64,000 nucleotides of DNA from the human T2T-CHM13v2.0 reference genome, Homo sapiens. Both the position numbers and the translations under genes were made by a program. Within the stretch, counting starts at the first letter, position 1; every line of letters starts with the position of its first letter. Under the pieces are notes generated by a model, which did not search any database, was not told the DNA's origin, and saw only the letters and a list, made by a program, of their open reading frames with translations. Of this stretch, positions 1 through 11,891 are shown in pieces. The DNA lies in NCBI RefSeq assembly GCF_009914755.1, contig NC_060941.1; one strand, given 5' to 3'.

Positions 1-782
1 AGATGTTTTTAACGATTGTTTTCTAGATAACTTCATATCTCCTGTGGGCCTACGAGAATAAAGTACATTTAACGAGTTAGTATAAATATGAATAGAAAAT
101 GAAAACCAGTCGAGATAGCTAATAATAACGACCTGAACGAAGCACCTGAAACAAAGTTGCGCCATCTTTTCTTAGACTCATGACACATTCGCAGTCACAG
201 GAGACCCAGATTCATCTGGAGATGATTTCAGGAATCAGCAGTACTCTTCATTTTTTTAGTTTTAGCACAACTTTGTTACTACAAAGAAGAAACTATATGA
301 CGGATACTGAGGCTAAGAAAAGCTACATGGTTGGTTATGTAGAGTTAATAAGCTATTTTTTAGTTGTTGAATTAACCTCAACTTGGTATCTTCTACTTTG
401 CTGTGACTTTAGTAGCCTTTTACACCTTCAACAGGTGAATTGGTTGTCATTTGAACTCTGATGAATGGCCCTGTCCAGTCTCACAGCGATGCCTCACAGG
501 CATCAGCACAGGGCACGCCTGGCCCAAGTGCCTATGATGGCCAGCGGGCTTGGGTCTTTTGGAACCCAGTGTACATAGTTCTGGAAAACCCCATTCACTT
601 CCTCCAAATGATGTGATCTGCTTTGTTTTGTGTGAGAATGCTGGTCAAGGAGCAGGTAACACATTCAGTGACCTAGCAGAGCATTGATGAAGTGTGAAAC
701 CGAACACTGCCTTCTCATGAAGCAAGTGCAGAGTTGTTAGAAGGTACCATTAACCCATCTTCATTTCTTCTGATGTATTTAG

Positions 783-838
783 ATGGATCCTGAATACCGT
801 GTGAGAAAATTCTTGGCCCTCTTAAGAGAAGAAGGAGC
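783..838 (+). CDS. NSF: NSF penultimate coding exon (MDPEYRVRKFLALLREEG-A)
   Basis: Acceptor ...gtatttag ends at 782 and donor GTAAGT starts at 839; translation matches the C-terminus of vesicle-fusing ATPase NSF. Confidence 0.97.
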
Positions 839-1270
839 GTAAGTACATACAACATTTAATGACCATCAACCAAACTTACCACCCTGTTAAATCCCTGTGC
901 CTATTCTAAGAGTTGCTTTCCTAGATAAGTTTGTTTCCATTTATTTGAATTCTTCGCTGTGTTGTAGGTCCGAGAGACCAAGCAAGGAAGTTGGTTGTAC
1001 TGTTGGTTTGCTCTCCCTGTCCTGCTTCGCAAAACTTCCTTGTCACAATGCAGGAAAAACTTAATGGTACATATTTATTGGAACCTGCTTTTACATGCAT
1101 GGAGCTGTGACCATTTTCTTTTGTGAAGTGCTCATCTAATAGCAAATGCATAGTGGGAAATGTAGGATAACCATTAAGAAGCTTTTAGTGATTTTTTTTT
1201 TTTTTTTTTTGATGAATAGTTTTTTACGGACCCTCATCTGTTTTTTTGTGTTTTGGTATTTCTTTTGCAG

Positions 1271-1292
1271 TAGCCCCCTTGATTTTGATTGA
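1271..1292 (+). CDS. NSF: NSF last exon, coding part (A-SPLDFD-stop)
   Basis: Acceptor tcttttgcag ends at 1270; GC|T AGC CCC CTT GAT TTT GAT TGA completes the known EEGASPLDFD end. Confidence 0.97.
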
Positions 1293-1435
1293 AAATGAAC
1301 TATTTGAAACACACAGTGACCAAGGGAAGTGACCAAGGTGAAGATGGCCTAGGATCTTCACTGTCTTACTCAAGATACTGGACTAAGTGGAACGTTCTCT
1401 ACCTTCAACATGTGCTCGCTCTGCATGATTAGTGC

Positions 1436-1441
1436 AATAAA
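1436..1441 (+). terminator. NSF: NSF proximal poly(A) signal AATAAA
   Basis: Canonical hexamer ~145 nt after the stop. Confidence 0.55.
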
Positions 1442-2908
1442 ACTCCCTTCCTTATGCATACTGAGATAGCTTAGTGTCTCGTGGAAGGTGTCAATTTGGT
1501 TTAGAATGCTGCGCTTACCTTCCCATGCAGGCTAAAGTGATTCCTTCTTGCTCAGTCCCTCTGGGTGGGAACCATCCAGTACTTGTGGACACTACACGTT
1601 TCAACCTCTCTACTAGCACCATCACCCTTGAAAACTCTCAGTCAGTGTCATGAATGTTGCATGACAACAGTTGGCCGATTAGAAGGCAGACTTTCTACAT
1701 GCAAATCTGGCTTAGTAAATCGAGGTGTGGGCCAGAGATCCTCTGACAGCTGTCCTGAGCTAACACTAAAAGTCACTGGGTATTTGGTTAAAGGTCTCCC
1801 ACAAGACTGGTATTCTCTTTGCCTGAAGAAACAAGGCATTGAATCTCTAAAATGCTGTTCTCAATCATTGTCAGAGATGTTTTCAAGTTGCAGTCAGAAG
1901 ATCTTTCTTAATAGAAAGTCAGATGACTACCGTGTTGGTTGTGACTTCCCCTTAAGTATAACTAATTTGCTCTGTGGTAAGAGATATGCTCATTATTACC
2001 ACTTAGAAGATGTTGTTAAAAACATGTGAAAGATAGGTATGGAAAAAGCATACACCCCCAAACAGAAAGGAGTTATTAAAGTAATTTACAAACCTCTCAG
2101 CACTAATTAGTGTCCAACTCCAAGTGGGTCAATTCCTTAGTATAATATTAAGGCTTACTAGTATCACTGCTTTTTCCTTAGCTTAATGACTTACTTAGAA
2201 TTTATCCTTTATTTTAAATGATCTGTACTATCTAGTGTCTAAAACACTATTCTCCAGAAAAATCAATCATTTTCTAGCCCTCTCCCTCAGTCCTTTATTG
2301 TCCATTCCAATACATTGAACACATTTCCTTTACCCTCCACACACTTCTTCCAAAAGGAAGCACCCGTTGAGTCCTTTTGAGGGTGATTTGTCTTACAACT
2401 GACTGACTTAGCAGGAATTTAATTAGGTCATATTTGGTGATGAGACTTATGGAGTGTGCCTCTCTCTCCCAACTGCTGCTTAAAATGCAAGGACAAGCAA
2501 TTAGAAGCCATCCTAAGGTGCTTACCTCACACGCCACCCATGAGGCTTGTGGCCACAGTGGCACTTGGGTGTGGCTCCTCTGTTATTTGTCCTCATGTGA
2601 GAAAGCAGATCATCTCCAAATCTTGCCATTTGTATACTTTTGGTGGAGACTTGGATGTCATATCTTCTTTGTTTTGGGTTTTCTTCCCTAGCTTATTTTG
2701 TGGCTTTTAAAGAAGTGGATTGTATTGTGAGATCCTGTGATTCCTGGTGGCCAGTATCCTGGATTCCTCTAAGATCTTGCCTCTTTCCTCCTCATGAAAG
2801 CAGCACACATTGTGTTAACTTATGTCTCTTGTTAAATGAGCTTAATGTCTTTGTGTTTTGTCCAAAACTGTATTGAAAAAATATTGTTTAATGCAAATGA
2901 AGGAATGC

Positions 2909-2914
2909 AATAAA
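2909..2914 (+). terminator. NSF: NSF distal poly(A) signal AATAAA
   Basis: Canonical hexamer with upstream TGTA/U-rich and downstream GT-rich sequence; the first Alu follows soon after. Confidence 0.85.
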
Positions 2915-3185
2915 GAGTAAATATACTTGAAAATGTTCTGTAGACCAGTGTTTCATATAGAACGACATGAACAGCTGATAGGAATGGAGGAAGAAGGAGG
3001 GGGCTCAGGAAAGAAACCTCTCCGTGTTTTGTTACAAGTAGCATAACATGAGGGATGATTTTTATTTTAAAAATCTCTTATTTAGAAAGTATAGTTATTT
3101 AAAAACATCATTAGAGTATCAGAAAAAGTTAATATACAACCATCTTTATGCTTTATACTTATTTTATCTTACTAAAAAAAAAAAA

Positions 3186-3482
3186 TGCCTGGCACGGTGG
3201 CTCATGCCTGTAATCCGAGAGGGAGGCTGAGGTGGGTGGATCACTTGAGGTCAGTAGTTCAAAACCAGCCTGGCCAACATGGTGAAACCCTGTCTCTACT
3301 AAAAATGCAAAAAACAGCCGGGTGTGGTGGCACATGCCTATAATCCCAGCTACTCAGGAGGCTGAGGCAGGAGAATTGCTTGAACCTGGGAGGCAGAGGT
3401 TGCAGTGAGCCAGGATCACGCCACTTGCACTCAGCCTGGGCAACAGAGCAATACTTTGTCTCAGAAAAAGAAAAAAAAAAAA
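3186..3482 (+). mobile_element. Alu (S-like, internal deletion)
   Basis: Alu consensus with A tail. Confidence 0.9.
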
Positions 3483-4392
3483 TCAACTCAGGTACCTAAG
3501 CCACAAACAAGGTTAGTAATAAACCAGAAAGGAGGGTTGCCACTCAATTAGAATTACTCCTTTCTGTGAAATGTACAAACCAAGGAACTTCAAGGCTCTC
3601 AGTGAGATTGCTTCACATGGTTCACTTTTGTATCCTCCATAGTTTTTTACATTTTTCTGAGCTATCAGATCTCTTAACCTCCTAAACCTTGATCCTTAGC
3701 ATTGGCTCAGTTTAGGACAGGAGGCAGCTCAGAAAGTCCACAAGGCCCTGTGGGGAAGAGGCCAGCTTCAAGAACTTCCACAACGGGAGTTCCTGGGAGG
3801 AGGACCCTGAGGCCGACCTGGTCCCTGCATAGCCTTGAGAAGGTGGGTTCTTGAAGCTGCCCAAATATTCTTCAAAGCCAGTGCTGTACAGCAGAGCGTA
3901 TGAGATTACAGAACGGCCTGTGAAGAAGCAAAGGAGGCTCCAGCTAGCTGCTGCCTTAGGTTTCTTCATCTATAGGCGAATTGTTAACCGGCTATTTTTT
4001 TGTCATAAGATGTTTTTGAGATCAAAACCTCAAAAGAGGAGGTTATTTTATCCTTTCTAAATTTGTACATCTTCACTGGGACACTTTTTTTCAATGTCAC
4101 ACAGAAAAATTGCATAATTGTGGTTAAAGTCAGAAATATGTTTTTACTTTAAGGCTGTCTTTTCATATCCTAAAAATTGCAGCCTCCCCTTTAAAAGTTT
4201 CAGCAACAAGTCACAAAATCATGGAGTAGATTGAAGTGTGTACAATAATCAAATCCTGATCAACAGACTTGTTGAAACAGTGAGTCAGCTATAAACAAAC
4301 ACCCCAGCCCAAACACAGAAGGTGAAAGCAGGATTTCATTTTCCTTGCCTGACAACTTGGTCCATAGCCTCTTTAAAGAAGTGACTGGGGGC

Positions 4393-4740
<348 letters not shown>

Positions 4741-5450
4741 TTATTGCAAAATGATATAGAGTTTCTCATCAGCTGGCAAGCCGTACTGAGACTGGGTCCT
4801 GGAGACGAGCCCACAAGGGTGTGTGCTGGACGGGCACCATGGCATAAAGATGCGGGAGATAGCGCCTGTGATTGGCAAGCATCCCAAGTGGGTGAAGACA
4901 AAATATCCAAGGAGGGATCATGTTTGAAATTTTCCCAGCGTAGACGCCATGCAACTTCTGTCTCACTATTTTGGGAGTATAAGATTAATGGTAAGAAATT
5001 TTTGCCTCCTAGAAGGTTCTCTATTAAACTAGGAGAAACAGTGGCAGTGTAGCAGCAATGCGTAGCTGCACTGACTTCACTCGAGTGTGCAGACCAGCCA
5101 CACACACAAGAACATGTCCCTATGCCCAGGGCCACCAGGGGAGACGGCATTAGGTAACACCAAGAATCATGTCGCCATCATGTTTCCTTGCTTTTCTTTT
5201 TCCCTACCTTCTTTCCTTCCACCTTTCTTTGTACCTCATCCCCTCATCCTTGAACTGTCTCACATGCTTTCCTTCCCTTCTTTCTTCATAAAATAATATT
5301 GCTTTGAAAGATATCTTCTAATTATGTCGTCTCTTTCAGATTTTTAAACAACGTCCTCTTGTGTTTAGACGTTTGTAAGTACTTATACATAAGGAGAAAC
5401 TACATGTTCAAGCACAGCTATCAACTGTATTCTCCTTAACCATCAAATAA

Positions 5451-5735
5451 GACTGGGCAGGGTGTGATGGCTCACCCAGTAATCCCAACACTTTGGGAGG
5501 CTGAAGTGGGAGGACCCCCTGAACCCAGGAGTTTGAGACCAGTGGGCAACACAGCAAGACCCCATCTCTACAAAAGATTTTATTTTTAATTACCATAGTA
5601 GAGTGCGCCTGAGTCCTAGTTACTTGGGAGGCTGAGGAGGATCATTTGAGCCCAGGGGGTCAAGGCTGTGTTGAGCCATGATCATGCCACTGTACTCCTG
5701 AGTGACATAGACACTTGTCTCTTAAAAATTAAAAA
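5451..5735 (+). mobile_element. Alu (J-like, degraded)
   Basis: Diverged Alu dimer. Confidence 0.8.
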
Positions 5736-5820
5736 CTAATCATACGATTACAAATGGTCTTCATTAGTATGAATAGGGACCATTTAAATATTTGGCAATC
5801 TTATTGATTGAAAAAGTACT

Positions 5821-6130
5821 GGCCAGGCAGGGTGGCTCATGCCTGTAGTCCCAATGCTGAGAGGCTGAGGTGGGAGATCATTTGAGGCTAGGAGTTCAAG
5901 ACCAGCCTGAGCAACATAGCAAGACCTCATCTCTAAAAAAAAAAAATTAAAAAATTAGCTGGGCATGGTGACACATGCCTATGGTCCCAGCTACACGGGA
6001 GCCTGAGGTAGGAGGTCACTTGAGCCCAGGAGGTCAAGGCTGCAGTGAGCCATGATCACACCACTGTACTCCAGCCTGGGCAACAGAGGAAGACCCTATC
6101 TCAAAAAAAAAAAAAAAAAGAAAAAAAAAG
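5821..6130 (+). mobile_element. Alu (J-like)
   Basis: Alu dimer; TSD GAAAAAGTAC. Confidence 0.9.
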
Positions 6131-6164
6131 GAAAAAGTACCTAGAATTCTGGGATAGATAAGTT

Positions 6165-6508
6165 CAGTCGAGCATCCCTAATCTAAAAATCCAAAATCTG
6201 AAATGCTCTAAAATCTAAAACTTTTCAGCACCGACAGGATGCCACAAGTGGAAAATTCCACACCTGACCTTGTGTGACAGGTGGCAATCAAAATTCAAAA
6301 TGCAGTCTAAACTGTTTCATGCACAAAATTATTTAAAAATTTCATAAAATTACCTTCAGGCTATGTGTGTAAGGTGCATATGAAATCAATGAATTTCGTG
6401 TTTAGACTTGGGTCCCATCCCCAAGATACCTCATTGTATATATGCAAATCTTCCAAAGTCTGAAATATTTCTGGTCCCAAGCATTTCAGAAAAGGTGTAG
6501 TCAACCTG
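6165..6508. mobile_element. Tigger4/Zombi-type non-autonomous TcMar DNA transposon
   Basis: Terminal CAG(G)TCGAGCATCCC...TCAACCTG inverted ends with internal AAAATCC/GAAATGCTC motifs. Confidence 0.7.
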
Positions 6509-6732
6509 CATTAGCTTTATGCAAAAGAAAAATAAAAAGTCGAAATGAAATAAAAATGACCAGACTGTAAGATGTAGAGGAGATCTGTATCCTGTACGTG
6601 TCCGATTCGTTGTATGGCTGAAGTGTAACAGTTTTTGTGGTTTCAGCTTTTCAGGGGCTAAAGACACATCATGGACAAAACAGAGTGCATCAACTTCTGG
6701 TGGCTATTCCTAACCTCAGGTCACAGGTCTGA

Positions 6733-7149
<417 letters not shown>

Positions 7150-7996
7150 TGAGGTAGGTCAGGAGAAATAAAAAGAAAAAACATTTTTGTTATTCTCTGA
7201 AATAATGTGCTGAATAAACCAAAGGTGACATTTTATGGGTAGGTCTGAAAACTAAAGGATTGTCTGTTGTCATAAAACCAACTTGTGGCATCTCATTGTT
7301 GAGAAGGCATAACCTGTGAGCTTCCAGTGGGTCCTGTGAAGTGGCGATCTGAGAGGGTGCCCATCCCCAGAGCATGCCCACTGGCAGGCCCTTTCTACCC
7401 AAACCCAAACCCAACTTCAAATGACAATTGTTCCAGACAGCCCACAGCCCAGGGCACACGCTTTCTTCTTGTAGACCAGCCTACCTCCCTCTACGGCTTA
7501 GCTCTCACAGTGGAGCTAGCAGGGGACAGACAATTTTCAGTCAAGTTTCATTTTCAATAGAGAAAATCCTATTTTCCCATTAAATGGAGTTGAAAACGTG
7601 GTGAGGAGGGGATTAAGGCAGTGGCCACCCCTGCGGTCTGCTGGCCTTGGGCCACATCTTTTAGGAGTGCCTGTGACATTAATTTATACATTGAAAATAC
7701 TTGAGTCTGTGAAATGAATTAGTACACAAGTTGTTGTTTTCTAAAACTGGAAATTCATTGTTAGAAGTTAACTTAGAACAAAAGAAGCCTTTAAAAATGT
7801 ACTGTGGTGTATCAGACCCACTGTCCGTGACATCTCTGATGATCTTGCTTAGAAAACAGAGGAAATAACCTTCACTTGGTCATTTAATTAGCTGAGGCCA
7901 CCATGTTCAGAATCTCGTATCCTTGACCTCCTGAGCATTAATCTGGAAACTCCACACAGTGTACAATGTATCCATTTTAGGTTTGTTTACCTTCTC

Positions 7997-8002
7997 TTTA
8001 AT
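7997..8002 (-). terminator. WNT3: WNT3 distal poly(A) signal ATTAAA
   Basis: Plus-strand tttaat at the end of the AU-rich UTR block. Confidence 0.6.
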
Positions 8003-9226
8003 GACTTAACAGAAAAAAACTGCATGATGAAATATATTTTCTCCAAATATATATATATTTATATAATATATAATCTTAGTTAACTCAAAGGTATATACAT
8101 TGTATAATAAATAATATTTATAAAAAGAGACTTTTTGAATATAAAATCAAAAAGATCAACAACTTCTACAACTTTTTACAAAACTTTGGATACAGCAGGT
8201 TGGTAGGAAATTTCGGTTGGATACTATTACCTGACTACGGCGAGAATCATTACAATGCACTCATGTACTATTATTAAATAATTACTTGTCAGCTACTTGA
8301 ATACGCCCCAGAAACATGACTTTATCACTTTTAATATAGAATACATAGATATGAAAAGATTGTTTTGAAAATTCGTATCCATTCTGCTGAAGTATTCTCA
8401 CATAAAGCAAGTATTATCCAGTTGACATGATTTAAAACTTTTCAGTCTAAGGTGAGATGGGGAGGGGCATTTCAGACTTGGCGGAGGGGGTGAGATGTGT
8501 ATCTTTAGCAGGGCTTGTGGCCAGCAGATTTAGAAGTGAAGGCGGGCTCCTGGACGACCATCTTGGCAAGCCCACCTGCACCAGCTGGGAGATCGCTGCC
8601 CTGGTATTTTAGGTCAGGGTTAGGTAGACCCCAGAGAGAAGGGGGAGAAAGAAAAATCTTTGTTCTGCTCATTCCCCTGCTGCATCTCTTCTTTCTGATT
8701 CTCCCTAAGACAGTTGTTGAACCAATTCATACTGTGAAATCCATGTGCCTCCCTTTTGCTAGCTTTCTCTAGGACGCTCAGCTGGACCAGTATGCCTCAG
8801 GGAGAACTCAGCCGTGAGATGCTTCACCTAAGGGAGTAGGTGACTGCTGGTTCCCCTTTGAACTTCTAATCCAGATCCTTGGGAACTGCATGGATGGAAG
8901 CTATCTCAGCATGCAGGTGAGGGAGGAAGAGCTGGGGGAAAGAACTCTGTGTCTGTGTTTACTCACATTGGCCCCAGAGAGGAAAGGACACAGTAAGATG
9001 GGTCCGTATTGGAGAGGAAGCAAAGGGATGGTTTTCATCCTCCCCATCTGCTAGTCACAAAGTTGGAATTTCAGGAATTGATGGCTACTCCCTCACGGAC
9101 CCTTTGTCTAACTTATACTAAGGTGACCTGGAGTCCAACTGCTCTACCTGGAGTTATTTGTACAGAGAATCTGCAGGTGAGCAGGGCTGGGAAGGACTGA
9201 ATGGCCCCTTCTGAAGATACCGCTTA

Positions 9227-9232
9227 TTTATT
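9227..9232 (-). terminator. WNT3: WNT3 intermediate poly(A) signal AATAAA
   Basis: Plus-strand tttatt, lying downstream (in the mRNA) of a U-rich tract and a TGTA element. Confidence 0.45.
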
Positions 9233-9785
9233 TAGGAAGCCATTTGAGCTAGAGAAGACTTGCCCCCTTACATAGCCTATTTACAAGGTCCACTACCACC
9301 AAAAAAAAAAAAAAAACAAAAAAACAAAAAAAAAACTGCATTGACGGTGGAAACTGCAGAATGGTAGAAAAAGATTTTGAGATCTGACTGCCCCTCGTGC
9401 AGAACAGGGTTATAGAGAAAATGAGACTGAGAAGAACACATGGCTGCTCTTCAAACGGCTGACCAGGCCACCCTGAGCTGCCAGTTCTTCCAAACTCCAA
9501 ATCCTACTCTAACAACTGCCACGGACCTTCCTACCACTTCATCCTAGCTAAACCTATGGCTTTTATCAGAATGAGAAATTAGCTCAAATTTGAATGGGAG
9601 TGGACCAAGAAAAGGAGACTGCAGGGGTGTGTCCTACTTCCTGACTCCCACCCTCCAGGCGTCTTGGAATGTCACCAGAAGCAGCAGTTTGGAAACAGAA
9701 CCTTGCCCATGCTGATGTCTTGACTGCCAGGCTGAGAGCTCACATTAGCCCAGCCTGTTCTGTTGGAGTCAAATTTTTTTTCATT

Positions 9786-9791
9786 TTTATT
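9786..9791 (-). terminator. WNT3: WNT3 proximal poly(A) signal AATAAA
   Basis: Plus-strand tttatt ~300 nt into exon 5; it is followed by a genomic A-rich run, so internal priming is possible. Confidence 0.55.
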
Positions 9792-11596
9792 TTCTTTAAC
9801 ATGTGCAAAGATAAGCCTCAGGTCTGTTCCTATCAGACCCTAGAGAACTAAAAAGAAAGCCCCCTTCTTTAAAAACCACACACCATCCAGAGTAGGGTGA
9901 GAAATGTAAGATGAGAGAGAGGGAGAGCCTCCCCGTCCACAGGCGAGTTGGGTCTGGGTCATTTACCACGCGTGCGGCTGGTGACAGTTCCTTGCTGTCT
10001 GACGCTGAGGGCTGTGCCCGGCTCTAGGTCCTGCTTCCCATGAGACTTCGCTGAATCCGCCCAGCCACACACTTCACCCCTTCCCAGCGCCCTTGGGGAA
10101 AATCAAGAGGAAGAATTAGAAACATAATTCCATTCCCAGAGACCACCCATTGGGGTTCAAAGATCAGAGGCTGCTGATGGATCTGAACGTGTCCCTGGTG
10201 CTCAGAGGTGATGAGGACTTGGGTGGTTTCTCCACGCTCTCCTCTGTGCTTTGGGCCTGCTGTTGAGGGAGGTCGTATGAGTCACAGGAGCAGTAAGGCT
10301 TTCGAGTCCACAGAATGGGATCGAAATTCTACCTCCCCCACCTCTAGCTGAGGGCCTTGGGCAACAGGAAGCCCAGGAGCAGGTCACTCAGGATGGGAGA
10401 AACGGTGCCTGGCCGAGGGCCCAGTCCCCAACTCCAAGTCAACTGCTGTGCTGGGCTCACGCCAGGCATGCACTGTGTTTTTGTACCGCACCAAATAGCT
10501 TGATAATGAGCTGTCCAAATGGGAGAGAGCCTACTTAATTACGAACAATTCCTTCCCATTGGAGCAGCAGTGTGTTCATTTTACTCATTTGCATAGTCAT
10601 ATCTCACAAAGGGTTTGAGGCATTCCCAGTCAACCCCCAGCTCTTCTAGGGGGCTGACAAGGCCAAGATAAGACTACTTTACAGAGGCAGAAACAGGCTC
10701 AGCCAGATTGAAGGGACACATCCAAGGTCTCTCAGCAAGGCAGTAACAGATCCAGGACTTGGGCGCAGCCAGGCCACTCGACTCTTGCCAGAACCTTTCC
10801 AGCTCCAGCTCACCATGTTCACAACAGCAGAGTGACGAGGAATAAATCTGGCACTTGTAAGGCACCAAATCAATGGTTAGCCAGAGACACTGGGTAAAAG
10901 CTACAAAAAGCTACAGAAAAGGTGTTTTCCCCACAAAGGAAGGACACAAGCCATTTGACAGGCGCTCTCTCCTCACCGTGTGGAGGGCCCGGGGCCTGCT
11001 CTGCGACTCCCTTCTCTCTCCTGCCTGCACTGCCAAGACTGTCAGGGAAGACAAGAGAACAGCTAACGACTCTGTCCCCTGCCATCCCTGCCAGTGCATC
11101 CCGCAGGCTCCCGTCTTGCCTAGCGGAGTCTCGGCCGAGCCTGGGCCCATTGCTCCAGAGCAGGCGGCTCTCGCCTGGGGAGGTGGCTCTGGGAGGTCAG
11201 CTCTGCTTGGCCCAGGAGCCTCTGTGGCTGCCCTGTGAGCAGCTGGGTCCTGGGCCAGGCCCTTCATGTGCAGGGTCTCCAGTCCACAGGACAACCCTAC
11301 ACAGAACACAGTTCTCATCCCCAGTTCACAAATGAAGAAGCCAGGGCTCAGCGAGGCAGAAGAGCTGGCCTGGGAGTGTTTATCAGAAGGGCACCATGTT
11401 GGGAGAGTGTCCTCCACTGGTCACAGAGTGAGGCCTCCAGAGCTTCCACAGAGAAGGGGTTCCGGGTAGGAACCACTTGGACACAGCATCTTGAAACCAT
11501 ATCTATGTAGCACTTTACATAAGATTGAGGAAAAAAAACACTCATTGTCCATTTCAGAAATGGGGAGAAAGAGGGCTGATGAAGAGTACTGATTCT

Positions 11597-11891
11597 GGCC
11601 GGGCGCGGTGGCTCACGCCTGTAATCCCAGCACTTTGAGGGGCCAAGACGGGTGGATCACTTGAGGTCAGGAGTTCAAGACCAGCCTGGCCAGCATGGCG
11701 AAACCCGTCTCTACTAAAAATAAAAAAATTAGCCGATCGTGGTGGCGGGCACCTATAATCCCAGCTACTCAGGAGGCTGAGGCAGGAGAATCGCTTGAAC
11801 CCAGGTGGCGGAGGTTACAGTGAGCCGAGATTGCGCACTTCACTCCAGCCTGGGCGACAAAGAGAGACTCAGTCTCAAAAAAAAAAAAAAA
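11597..11891 (+). mobile_element. Alu (S-like), WNT3 intron 4
   Basis: GGCCGGGCGCGGTGG start and A tail. Confidence 0.93.

Larger units (their letters stand above)
1293..2935 (+). other. NSF: NSF 3'UTR (3' end approximate)
   Basis: Follows the stop codon, has no obvious repeats and ends just after AATAAA at 2909-2914. Confidence 0.85.
7975..10091 (-). other. WNT3: WNT3 exon 5 (non-coding, 3'UTR; distal end approximate)
   Basis: Minus-strand acceptor TTCTTCCTCTTGATTTTCCCCAAG|GGCGCTGGG at 10092/10091; AT-rich UTR with several poly(A) signals. Confidence 0.88.

Noticed and set aside
1565-2029. 154-aa ORF in the NSF 3'UTR
   Set aside because: GTG start, lies downstream of the NSF stop and has no recognisable homology
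6224-6237. TTCAGCACC REST/RE1 half-site
   Set aside because: Spacing to GACAG is non-canonical and it lies inside a Tigger4 relic
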